Virus record (IMG/VR): IMGVR_UViG_3300036987_000083
Span: 64,001-128,000 of that record
From: a virus
Reading direction: 5' to 3' (one strand)
DNA: 64,000 nt
The translations under genes and the position numbers were made by a program. Under the pieces are notes generated by a model. The model saw only the letters and a list, made by a program, of their open reading frames with translations. It was not told where the DNA came from and ran no database searches. This document shows, in pieces, positions 33,130-46,663 of this stretch. The stretch's first letter is position 1; every line of letters starts with the position of its first letter.

Positions 33130-34524
33130 ATGCATCGGACGATGAAGAACACTTTTGAGGGCAAAACCTTTTACGAGTCTGCATTCGAGCCGACGAGGGG
33201 TGTGCTTGTTCGCGAGGTTGAGGACCGACCACATGGTCGCCTTAGCTACGGCGCGGGGTTGTCTGAGTGGCTCTCAGAAGAGCTGCCTTGGCCGGAGCGG
33301 CATGCTTTCCAAGAGCGCTGGCGGGCTAAGTTTGGCCATCGAAGCCTTCCTTTTTCACCCTCTCCAGAAACTGTGGATATTTCTATCACGGATTGGTGCG
33401 CATTTGGCTGCTCGTACTGCTACCAGGACAGCACCGCAAAGCAGGCGCACGCACCCAAGGACCTCGTAGACAAAGTCATCCACAGCTTTGATTACAAGCC
33501 CTACCAGGTGGCAATCGGTGGTGGGGAGCCTACGGCTCATCCGGATTTCCCTGAGATTCTTCTGAATGCGCGGCAAGCTGGCGTAGTGCCTAACTACACT
33601 ACGGCAGGCAACGTCATTCGGCCTGAAGTCATTGAGGCCACCAATGAGGCTTGCGGTGGGGTCGCGATGACCTATCACTCGTGGAAGGGGTTGCATTGGT
33701 TTGAGGAGCACTACGTGAAGCTTCGTAAGCTGCTCAAGGTGCAGCTCAATGTCCACCTCATTGCGGACAAGGATGTCGCCACCAACTTGGAGGCGCTAAC
33801 TGCCCTTCAGAGGGCAGTGGGCAGGCTAAATGTCGTGATGCTCGCCTATTACCCTGATGTCGGCCGAGGCACGTTGCACAACATCATGCCTAAGGCTGTC
33901 TACGCGGGTAGTCTGCCTCTTGCTATTACCTCTGCCGTTGCAAGCGGCATGACCCTGGCGTTTTCAGAAGGCCTTCTGCCTTACTTCTTGTCTCGTCCTG
34001 AACTTGGAGTAGAGACGCGTTTTGCCTCCAAGGCGGAGGGGCTTTTCTCTGCATATGTTGATCCCCGAGGGCGACTTAGTTCTAGTAGCTTCGACCCTCC
34101 TCCCAAGCCCGTAAATCTCGACGCTACCGAGAAATTCGTGCCCGAGTACGAAGAAGACACTCCCGAGGCGCGACAGACTAGCGCGGAGCAGGAGCTGGCA
34201 CTGTACCCAACGGTTTGGGAAGGTCGTCTGCAGGACCAGTGGGATCGCAAACGTGGGTGGGATTCTCAACCCCGAGGCGCTACGTGTTATAGCTGCAGGC
34301 TCAGTGGTTCCTGCGCTACTCCCAGTGTACACCACTATTTTGCTTGCGCGTTTGCAACACACAACGGGAAGCAAGCACCCTTGAGTGCCGAAGCACAGCA
34401 GCGACTAAACGAGCAAAAGCTCTATGAGGAGATAGCCGAGCAGGAAAAACAGCTTGGTCGGCAGTTAACCCCGGAGGAGTACGTTCCTTACACTGAGCGT
34501 TTCAAGGCGATTCGAGGGCTCTGA
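33130..34524 (+). CDS. radical SAM enzyme with C-terminal SPASM/twitch-like Cys cluster (464 aa)
   Basis: CAFGCSYCY (CxxxCxxC), IGGGEP; C-terminal CYSC..SGSC..C. Confidence 0.88.
   Translation: MHRTMKNTFEGKTFYESAFEPTRGVLVREVEDRPHGRLSYGAGLSEWLSEELPWPERHAFQERWRAKFGHRSLPFSPSPETVDISITDWCAFGCSYCYQDSTAKQAHAPKDLVDKVIHSFDYKPYQVAIGGGEPTAHPDFPEILLNARQAGVVPNYTTAGNVIRPEVIEATNEACGGVAMTYHSWKGLHWFEEHYVKLRKLLKVQLNVHLIADKDVATNLEALTALQRAVGRLNVVMLAYYPDVGRGTLHNIMPKAVYAGSLPLAITSAVASGMTLAFSEGLLPYFLSRPELGVETRFASKAEGLFSAYVDPRGRLSSSSFDPPPKPVNLDATEKFVPEYEEDTPEARQTSAEQELALYPTVWEGRLQDQWDRKRGWDSQPRGATCYSCRLSGSCATPSVHHYFACAFATHNGKQAPLSAEAQQRLNEQKLYEEIAEQEKQLGRQLTPEEYVPYTERFKAIRGL
33225..33240. repeat. palindrome copy CCGACCACATGGTCGC inside radical SAM 5' coding region
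   Basis: 15/16 match to family. Confidence 0.75.
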
Positions 34525-34620
34525 TTCGATAGTTGCCGCCCCGAGGCAGCACCCTCAAGGGGACACCAAGTAGCTAGTGCAACAGAGCTTAAAATACAGT
34601 AACTCAGGAGGCTGTTAACC

Positions 34621-35010
34621 GTGCGTCGCTTAATCATTAACGTGGGTTTCATTACGAATAGCTCCTCGGCCGTACACTGGTTTCCTAAGGAGCTTCTTGA
34701 TGTTCCAGAGGTGCGGGCGTTCATGGCCGCTTACGGGTTGTCTGGCGGTACTACGGGAAGTGACCTTTGGGACCGAAGCAGGTGCGACAGCGTGGCGCTC
34801 ACTGAGGCACAGAAGCACGAGGTGCGTACACAGCTAAGTAGCGCCGAGTACAGTGGGGGTATTGGCGAGTCCATTGACCCGAAGGATGCCAGCACGTTTG
34901 TTGTTATTTATGGAGATGAATACGAGTCTGTCACCTCTGAACTGGCCGCGCTTCTCTCTCGAATTTGCGCTGAGAGGGGCCTCTCCCAAGAGCGGAGTGA
35001 GTTCAACTAG
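34621..35010 (+). CDS. GFITNSSS-motif protein (129 aa)
   Basis: N-terminal GFITNSSS; AGGAGG SD; adjacent to radical SAM. Confidence 0.75.
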   Translation: MRRLIINVGFITNSSSAVHWFPKELLDVPEVRAFMAAYGLSGGTTGSDLWDRSRCDSVALTEAQKHEVRTQLSSAEYSGGIGESIDPKDASTFVVIYGDEYESVTSELAALLSRICAERGLSQERSEFN

Positions 35011-35152
35011 TCGTGCAAACTAACTCGCCCGGGATGCTCCCTCTCAAGGGCCACGTGAAGGCTGTATTGCGGTCGGCATCACTGACTCTGGCAAGCTGCT
35101 ACCCCTTCTCCGAAGGGTACTTCACGGAATGTCGCACTCCTGCAGGAAGCCT

Positions 35153-35476
35153 ATGACCTACGACCCCAAGAAGCCAAATCGTACCCCAACAGGACGAATC
35201 TATTCGGAGCCTCGTTTTCGAGAGTTCCCGATGCGTACTGAGTTCGGTAGGAAGTCTCGGGAAATACTGGACCCCAAAAAAGACTATTGCTTCATTGAAG
35301 CCGACTACTCCGCTGTGGAATTTCGAGTTTACAGCCTTCTGTCCGCCGAAGAGCGCAAATCCCTTTGGTGTTGCGATGTTTATCCCCGAAGAGAATTCAG
35401 TATTCGCGGCATCCCTGGCGAATATGCCCAAGTTGTGGGTCCGGTAATCAACAGCAAAGAAGAGCCACTTAAATGA
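35153..35476 (+). CDS. small protein carrying a family-A DNA polymerase motif-A-like segment (107 aa)
   Basis: FIEADYSAVEFRVYSLLS resembles ADYSQIELR.LA.LS. Confidence 0.6.
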   Translation: MTYDPKKPNRTPTGRIYSEPRFREFPMRTEFGRKSREILDPKKDYCFIEADYSAVEFRVYSLLSAEERKSLWCCDVYPRREFSIRGIPGEYAQVVGPVINSKEEPLK

Positions 35477-35757
35477 AACTTGCAGATTTGAAAGTCGACG
35501 ACAACCAGTATGGGTCTATCGACCTGTCCAAGCTCCTCGGTAAGAAGATTCTTCGTGTTGAGGGGCACATCTCCCGGGAGTTTGGAAGGGATGCCATGGT
35601 TTTCCAGTTACATGCCCTTGTGTTGGAGGACGGGGTCAAGCTGTTTGTGGAAGGGGAGCATGACACTGCCTACCTTCCCAGCCTGCGAACCGTTCCTGGC
35701 TTGGAAAACGAGACGCTCTGTGCGCTGTACGAAGAGGGGTTGGTGCAGGGCGCCTAG
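35473..35757 (+). CDS. hypothetical protein (94 aa)
   Basis: ATGA coupling. Confidence 0.65.
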   Translation: MKLADLKVDDNQYGSIDLSKLLGKKILRVEGHISREFGRDAMVFQLHALVLEDGVKLFVEGEHDTAYLPSLRTVPGLENETLCALYEEGLVQGA

Positions 35758-36094
35758 GCCTGCCAGAGTCCCATAACTAGTGGGTACCCTGGGCGAGGTT
35801 TTGGATTTCCAGCTCCGGTTACTGGTGAATTAGTACGTGGAAGAACCTCCCCAACGTGCTGGAAGAACTATCGTAGCGAAGGGTCCGCGTTCACAACCTG
35901 CAAAAACGCTCTCAGAATTTTGAGGCGACACCGCCCGGAAGCCTGTTCGACTCCATAAAATGGAAGAAGTGTTTAGGCAGCAACTACGTGTAGTTGCTGC
36001 CTGTTTTTGTTTCCATCCCCGAAAATGGAAGCCCTTACTTGCTCCTTCCATTTCTTAAGTGCTAGATTGCCCTGACATTTCTGTCGGGGACTCT

Positions 36095-40486
<4,392 letters not shown>

Positions 40487-40489
40487 ACG

Positions 40490-40981
40490 ATGCCTCTATC
40501 ATTTAAGACTATCTACCGACTTTCTGACGTGAACCAAAACTACATTAGACACTCCCAGATTGCGATGGCCCCTCGGAAGGTGAAGATTTCGGGGCCTGAT
40601 GGCGCACGAGAGGAATACCAGTTTCTCGTTCCCAATGACGTCAACTTGGGTCACACCATCGCTGGCAACGTAGAAAAAGATGAAGAAGATGCCATCGAGA
40701 TTGAGGACACCGAGCGCCGAGGTGAGGATGGAAAGCCTGTACTCTGGAGGTTCGAGCCCCTCACTCTAAAGTTGTGGAACGAGATGGGCGAAGCCGGAGA
40801 AATTGAGGGGTGGGAAGAGCTTGGGTCTGCAATTAAAGACGATGCAGAACTAAAGCACTTCTATAGGTACGAGTGGCTACTTCCCCGACTGGAGTGGTGG
40901 AGCGAGACACTGGATACAAAGGAAGTTGCTCCTGCGTCTGAGGGGTCTGCCGAGTCGGGGGATGTTGGTTCCGCAGAGTAA
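40490..40981 (+). CDS. acidic hypothetical protein (163 aa), possible partner/inhibitor of upstream enzyme
   Basis: Starts 3 nt after giant gene stop. Confidence 0.7.
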   Translation: MPLSFKTIYRLSDVNQNYIRHSQIAMAPRKVKISGPDGAREEYQFLVPNDVNLGHTIAGNVEKDEEDAIEIEDTERRGEDGKPVLWRFEPLTLKLWNEMGEAGEIEGWEELGSAIKDDAELKHFYRYEWLLPRLEWWSETLDTKEVAPASEGSAESGDVGSAE

Positions 40982-41023
40982 CCCCTAGAAGCTGGCGATT
41001 AGTGCTAATCTGGTAGGTAGACC

Positions 41024-41773
41024 ATGAATAACTCAGAAAATAACAAGGGCCCCGCTCGTCCGGTAAGTCGTGAGCCTCGGTTTACTAAGATTCGCGCGCT
41101 TAACTGCTTCGAAGAAGTGCACCAGCGCATTTTGGACGGGCAAGGCTCTACGGCTATAGCCAAGTACATCCAGGAGGAGGAGGGAGAGTACTTAGAGGCG
41201 ACCAGAGAGTCCGTGGTATCCGCACTCAACTACTACCGGTCGTCTTTGCCCCCCGGGGAATTAGTAGCCAAACAGCTACCGGGTGAGTTCAAAAATGCGG
41301 TAAAAAAACTCAATAAGGCAGTAGATGAGGTAAAGGAGCTGGAGTGGTTGACTCGGTTCCAAAAGCGGCGTTTGAGGCTGGATGGCGCAGTAGAGACGAA
41401 CATCAAGAAGCTCCTGCCAACGATGACTCAGGAGGTACGTGCACACGTGGAAGTACTTCGAACGCTGGCTAGCGTGAAAATGGATTTGGGGCTGAACAAA
41501 CGGCACTTGGGCTCTCTTGAGGTGGACGCTACCTTGGTTGCGGATGTAGTTGGGCGCTACGGCAGTTCCAATGTTGCCAAGGTGCTTCAAAGCGCAGAGT
41601 CTCGTCAAAAGGTGATGGGTGTTGCCGAGCGGTTCTTGGCGCTCGCGCAGCGAGAGATGAATGACAAAGACGCGGCGGAAGCCCCTGCTGACGTAGTAGT
41701 AGATGCGGTGCCTCCCGCACCCCTCGCGCCTACAGACGCTACAGCGCTAGATTTGGATCCTAAGGATGATTGA
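41024..41773 (+). CDS. putative terminase small subunit (249 aa)
   Basis: HTH-like N-terminus, helical body, overlaps TerL start; positional call. Confidence 0.5.
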   Translation: MNNSENNKGPARPVSREPRFTKIRALNCFEEVHQRILDGQGSTAIAKYIQEEEGEYLEATRESVVSALNYYRSSLPPGELVAKQLPGEFKNAVKKLNKAVDEVKELEWLTRFQKRRLRLDGAVETNIKKLLPTMTQEVRAHVEVLRTLASVKMDLGLNKRHLGSLEVDATLVADVVGRYGSSNVAKVLQSAESRQKVMGVAERFLALAQREMNDKDAAEAPADVVVDAVPPAPLAPTDATALDLDPKDD

Positions 41774-44700
41774 AATCACAGGGGGAAGAGCCAAGTCCCA
41801 ACGTACAAGGGAAGAGTTGGAGGCAATGCTTAAGCGAGAGATGTCCTCGCTTACTCCGGATGAAAAAGAGGCGTTGGAAATTATCATTCAGGAGCTGTCT
41901 AAGCCTCAGCAGGGCCCCACGCTTCTCGATACTCTTACGAAAGTGGAGTACAAGCGTACTCCCGTGAGTATGGAGCAGTTCGTCAAGGATCCCTACTACC
42001 TTGGCAACACCTGCGAAAACATCTACCCGGTACTGATGAAAGACTTGGAGGACTTGTTCTCCGGTGGGTACCATGAGGCTGTTTGGACTGGCTGCATTGA
42101 CCTTGACTCCCTTGTCCAAGGAGCCAACGGCTCGCTTCGCACGATTCGGGATTGGATTGGTACTACGGGAGAAGTTATTGGGTTCTCGCCCGAAGGGTCC
42201 AAGGCCGCGAAGACGGGTATCGCCAAGCACTCCGGCATTCAGCCGACGATGCGTCTTACACTGGCGAACGGCATGGCGCAAAGGCTCACACCCAACCATC
42301 AGGTGATGGCTTGGCGAGACGGGTATGCTTGGGTCCGCACCGAAGACCTAGAGCCGGGCGACTTCCTTGTTGTCCCTCGCCAACTCAATACGACGCCAGA
42401 CTCGAACCTTTCTGTGAACGAGGCGAAGCTGCTGGCGTATTGGACCACCGACGGGTCCTCTTCCGAGCAACGTTCTCGATTTACCGATGGAAACTCGGCA
42501 ACCACGGAGGAGGTGGTTGCCCTGCTGGAGAGCCTCGGCTACGCCGGAACTCGAACGCAAATTTCGCCCAAGTGTTGGGAGGTCTATGTCAACGAGCACA
42601 AACGCTCTGGGTTCCTAGAGTGGCTGCGCACCCATGAGGGCCACTATAAGACCAAGGAGGTACTCGTTCCGGATTCTGTTTGCCGGGCGAAGCTTCCTGT
42701 CGTCGCAGCCTTTCTTAACCGAGTCTGGGCTGCCGAGGGTTGCGTTTACATCCACGAAGAGGTTTCCCCTCCTCGTTTTACGCTCGGCATGACTTCTGAG
42801 CGTTACATTCGCCAAGTACAACTGCTACTGCTGCGCTTCGGAGTGATGAGCCGAGTCGTGTTCACCCCTCAGTACGATAAGCGCTCCGGTAAGACCACCG
42901 AAACCTGGCTGCTTACTGTTTCGGGAGTAGGGCCGCTCAAAAAGTTTCTTCAGGTGACTGGGCCAATTTTGGGCAAGGAATCCAAATGCGCGCAAGTGGC
43001 TGCTTATTGTGAGTCGCGCTCCGAGAACACGAACGTGGACGTGCTCCCGATTGAACGCAAATGGCTCAGTCGACAGATGACCCTCGGGGGCATCCAACGC
43101 CCCGCAGGTTCGACTTGGTGGTGTTTAGCCCAAGGCACCGGCAAGCACCTGTCTCGCCAGATGTTCGATAAGTGGCTTGCCGAATACGGCAACACTGCGC
43201 TCGGCGCTCAGCTACGGAGACAGTTTCCAGCAGAGTTCGCGTTCGAGCGTATCGTTACTCTAGAGGACGCGGGCGAGACTGAGGTTGGAGACATCTGTGA
43301 CGTTGAGGGCATTACCAGTTTCGTCTCAAATGGCATTTACGCTCACAATAGTATCGGATACGGCAAGACGCACGTCGCTACTATTGGGGTGTGCCGTGTT
43401 CTTTACGAGCTGTCCTGCATGACGAATCCTCACAAGAGCTACGGCCTTGCGAACGGATCCAACCTTTCAATCGTCTGCATGTCAGTTAACGAAACCTTGG
43501 CGGTGAAGGTCGTCTTCGAAGCAATCGCGTCCAAGATTAAGGACTCGCCCTACTTTGAGGAGCACTTTCCATTCGAGGATACAAAGAAGGAAATGCGCTT
43601 CCCGGGTGGAATCTGGATTGCTGCCCGTGCGTCTACGGATACCTCCGCTCTTGGACTTAACGCCATCGGAGCCCTGATGGACGAGCAGAACTTCCTTGCG
43701 CGAACCGCAAAGGAAGCTCAGATGGGCATCGTCGACAGAGCCGAGACTATCTACAACACCATCCAGCGCCGTATGAAGTCCCGCTTCGAACGTCATGGCA
43801 AGTTGCCAGGTATGCTCTTCATTGTTTCTTCGAAGAAGACAATGGATGACTTCACCGCTAGGCGAATCCGAGATTCTAAAGATGACCCAACTGTCTTTGT
43901 TCGGGATTACGCCCTTTGGGACACAAAGCCAGAAGACCAGTATTCCAAGGAGCGCTTCTGGGTTCTTTGCGGCAACGACACTGTACCTTCGAAAGTACTC
44001 ACCGACGCAGAGTACGCTAAGTTCAAAGACAATGTACCGGAAAACGCCACGTTAATTGCGGCCCCTGAAGACTTTCGTAAAGATTTCGAACGAGATCTTG
44101 AGGGGTGCTTGACTGGGGACACTAAAATACCGCTGCTAGACGGTTCGGAAATTCCTATCGCAGAACTAGTAGGCCGAGAAGAGTTCTGGACGTACTCTTA
44201 CGGTCCTGATGGCCGATTTTACCCGGGGCGAGGCCACTCGGCTCGACTCACGCGTAGCGACGCACCCATCGTAGAAGTGCTCCTTGATAACGGTGAGCGC
44301 ATCCGCTGTACGCCCAATCACCGGTTTATGCTGCGAGACGGAACTTATGCAGAAGCCCGAGAGCTACATCCGGGTACGTCACTGATGCCGTGCTATCGTA
44401 GGCGTGATCGCCACGGCTACGAGCTGCTAAAGTCAAATGTTGGCGGCAAATGGGTGCACACACATCGGCTGGTGGCCTTGGAGTCTCAAGGCGTACCACT
44501 GAAGACATCGACCGTGGTGCATCACCGAAACTTCAGGGAGGGGGACAATACTCCTTCTAATCTTCAGGAGATGACAGTGGAGGACCACACCGCTTTGCAT
44601 GCGGCACGTGTTCACCTTACCATACACAGCCCCGAGGCTAGAACCAAGGCCGCTGCGACTCGAAGCAGGCTCGCGGCAATTCCTGGACCGTTTCGGGATA

Positions 44701-46259
44701 ACTTGCTAACGCAACTTCGTAAAGCTCGTGCTTTGTACGCGGGCTCTGCTGCAAATAAGGCGCAGGGGCAGAAGTCCGGACTTACCTACGGATTTGGTCG
44801 GGCAGTTCGTACCGACGCACAGAAGCGCGTCCAGTCCCTTAATGGCACCAAGAACATTACGAAGCTGAACTTTGAGGACAACCCTTCGAAGCGCTCGCAC
44901 AACCGTCAGGCCTCCCGCACTCGACTAAAGCAGATGAGTGTAGCGGACCGGAAGAACGCGACCATGCGCGGGTTACACGCTCGTTGGCACAAAGGCCCAT
45001 ATGAGGTTTGCTCTATTTGTTCAGGCGTGCAGACTCCAGCCTACCGGCTGCAAAAACAACTTGGCAGCACCAGTGTAGCTGGTAGCTACGGTTGTCATAT
45101 TCGCTGGAAACACGAAGGAGAGTTTGAGGTTTGTCATAGGTGTCGTTCCGACTACAACCACAAAGTCGTGTCTGTCACGCCTGCGGGTCACGCCGATGTC
45201 TATGACATCACTGTGGACACTCAACACAACTTCGCACTCACTGGAGGGGTGGTTGTTCACAATAGCATTCGAGACCTAGCTGGAGTGGCGACCGTCGCGA
45301 TTAATCCCTTTATCCAGCGTCGTGAGAAGCTACAGGAGTGCGTGGACCACACGAGGACCCATCCTTTTTCTGCACTTGTGTATGATCCCTCCAAGCCTGG
45401 TAACTTTATTTGGTCCAAGATGGTTAAGGAGTCCTCGGAGCGAGGGTTCACGGGGAGCCCGCATGAGTCCTCTCTCATGCTTCGTCCCATCCTTAACCCT
45501 AGAACCCCGAGACACATTCACATTGACCCCTCACTCCGAGGAGACGCCACGGGATTTGTCATGGCGCATATCGGGGGCTGGACCGACGTAGTGCGGCGTT
45601 CAGATGACAAGAAAGAGTACCTGGAGCGGGCTCCAATCTACATCGTGGATTTGATGCTGCGGATTGTACCGCCGACCGGCGGTGAAATCGTACTAGGAGA
45701 GCTACGGCACCTGGTTTATGACCTTTCCGCGCACGGTTACATGATTACGGGTGTCACTTTAGACAGTTGGCAGAGTGCAGATACCATCCAGCAGCTTAAT
45801 CAACGAGGCTTTCAATCAAAAGTGCTGTCTGTAGACGTAACTACCGACCCCTATGAGAATTTGAAGACAGCCCTGTACGAGAATCGAGTGTCCTACTACG
45901 AGTACACTCCTGTGATTGAAGAACTACAGCAGCTAGAGCGAAAGTTCGACGGTCGCAGGACCAAGATTGACCACCCTCCCAAGGGCAAAAAAGATGTTGC
46001 TGATGCTTTGGCTGCGGCATTGTTCGCGCTATCTACCACCGGAGTTGCACAACCGCTTCCATTCATGAAGAGCGTGTCCTACACTGGCGACGCTTGGATG
46101 GAGGAGCAGCAGCAGTCGGCTCTTGCGGGTCACAAAGCTTCGGTTGCAAACACTGATCTTCCCGCTTTCTTTAGGGGAGATGGAAGTGATAAAGGCAACG
46201 GAGGGGGTTGGGGGAGTGGTGGTGGCGGTTGGGGGAGTGGTGACGGTGGCTGGGGCTAA
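41766..46259 (+). CDS. terL: terminase large subunit with two inteins (1497 aa precursor, 692 aa spliced)
   Basis: Spliced Walker A TG/SIGYGKT, Walker B ALMDE, nuclease HIDPS..DATG and KDVADA; directly upstream of portal region. Confidence 0.93.
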   Translation: MIEITGGRAKSQRTREELEAMLKREMSSLTPDEKEALEIIIQELSKPQQGPTLLDTLTKVEYKRTPVSMEQFVKDPYYLGNTCENIYPVLMKDLEDLFSGGYHEAVWTGCIDLDSLVQGANGSLRTIRDWIGTTGEVIGFSPEGSKAAKTGIAKHSGIQPTMRLTLANGMAQRLTPNHQVMAWRDGYAWVRTEDLEPGDFLVVPRQLNTTPDSNLSVNEAKLLAYWTTDGSSSEQRSRFTDGNSATTEEVVALLESLGYAGTRTQISPKCWEVYVNEHKRSGFLEWLRTHEGHYKTKEVLVPDSVCRAKLPVVAAFLNRVWAAEGCVYIHEEVSPPRFTLGMTSERYIRQVQLLLLRFGVMSRVVFTPQYDKRSGKTTETWLLTVSGVGPLKKFLQVTGPILGKESKCAQVAAYCESRSENTNVDVLPIERKWLSRQMTLGGIQRPAGSTWWCLAQGTGKHLSRQMFDKWLAEYGNTALGAQLRRQFPAEFAFERIVTLEDAGETEVGDICDVEGITSFVSNGIYAHNSIGYGKTHVATIGVCRVLYELSCMTNPHKSYGLANGSNLSIVCMSVNETLAVKVVFEAIASKIKDSPYFEEHFPFEDTKKEMRFPGGIWIAARASTDTSALGLNAIGALMDEQNFLARTAKEAQMGIVDRAETIYNTIQRRMKSRFERHGKLPGMLFIVSSKKTMDDFTARRIRDSKDDPTVFVRDYALWDTKPEDQYSKERFWVLCGNDTVPSKVLTDAEYAKFKDNVPENATLIAAPEDFRKDFERDLEGCLTGDTKIPLLDGSEIPIAELVGREEFWTYSYGPDGRFYPGRGHSARLTRSDAPIVEVLLDNGERIRCTPNHRFMLRDGTYAEARELHPGTSLMPCYRRRDRHGYELLKSNVGGKWVHTHRLVALESQGVPLKTSTVVHHRNFREGDNTPSNLQEMTVEDHTALHAARVHLTIHSPEARTKAAATRSRLAAIPGPFRDNLLTQLRKARALYAGSAANKAQGQKSGLTYGFGRAVRTDAQKRVQSLNGTKNITKLNFEDNPSKRSHNRQASRTRLKQMSVADRKNATMRGLHARWHKGPYEVCSICSGVQTPAYRLQKQLGSTSVAGSYGCHIRWKHEGEFEVCHRCRSDYNHKVVSVTPAGHADVYDITVDTQHNFALTGGVVVHNSIRDLAGVATVAINPFIQRREKLQECVDHTRTHPFSALVYDPSKPGNFIWSKMVKESSERGFTGSPHESSLMLRPILNPRTPRHIHIDPSLRGDATGFVMAHIGGWTDVVRRSDDKKEYLERAPIYIVDLMLRIVPPTGGEIVLGELRHLVYDLSAHGYMITGVTLDSWQSADTIQQLNQRGFQSKVLSVDVTTDPYENLKTALYENRVSYYEYTPVIEELQQLERKFDGRRTKIDHPPKGKKDVADALAAALFALSTTGVAQPLPFMKSVSYTGDAWMEEQQQSALAGHKASVANTDLPAFFRGDGSDKGNGGGWGSGGGGWGSGDGGWG
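42093..43349 (+). mobile_element. intein 1 with LAGLIDADG homing endonuclease (419 aa) in TerL Walker A
   Basis: Starts CIDLDS, ends YAHN before Ser; LLAYWTTDG and FLNRVWAAEG motifs. Confidence 0.9.
44106..45263 (+). mobile_element. intein 2 with HNH endonuclease (386 aa)
   Basis: Starts CLTGDT, ends VVHN before Ser; HTHRLVA..VHHRN..N..SNL. Confidence 0.9.
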
Positions 46260-46269
46260 AATTGGCGGA

Positions 46270-46285
46270 ACGACCATGTGGTCGG
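46270..46285. repeat. palindrome variant ACGACCATGTGGTCGG after terL stop
   Basis: Intergenic; 14-bp core CGACCATGTGGTCG intact. Confidence 0.7.
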
Positions 46286-46299
46286 CAATGTAAGGGCCT

Positions 46300-46629
46300 A
46301 TGAATTTCGAACTGCTAAAGAAATACTTTCAGGTAGAGGCCACTGTCGCTTCAACGGCCTCCACCTTGCTTATTCCTTCAGTGCTGTCGAAAGAGATGGC
46401 GGCGGGATTGGTGGATGAGCTATCAGTGGAGCCTGTCCTTAAAAACATCGCCATAGCCCTCGCCAAGGTGGTAGGGGACCACTTGACTGTCTCGGCACTG
46501 CGTCCGGCGGATTTTCAAGACCTACGGGAGCTGCCGGACTCCTTGATTGAGCGTATCATCGAGGAACTAGCCAAGAAGCCTGAGACGTTTTTTCAAGCAT
46601 TTCGAGACGCCCTGAAGAATCAGGGCTAA
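46300..46629 (+). CDS. hypothetical protein (109 aa)
   Basis: Between terL and portal. Confidence 0.7.
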   Translation: MNFELLKKYFQVEATVASTASTLLIPSVLSKEMAAGLVDELSVEPVLKNIAIALAKVVGDHLTVSALRPADFQDLRELPDSLIERIIEELAKKPETFFQAFRDALKNQG

Positions 46630-46663
46630 GACTACTGCTGATTACTGGACACTAGAGGCTACC

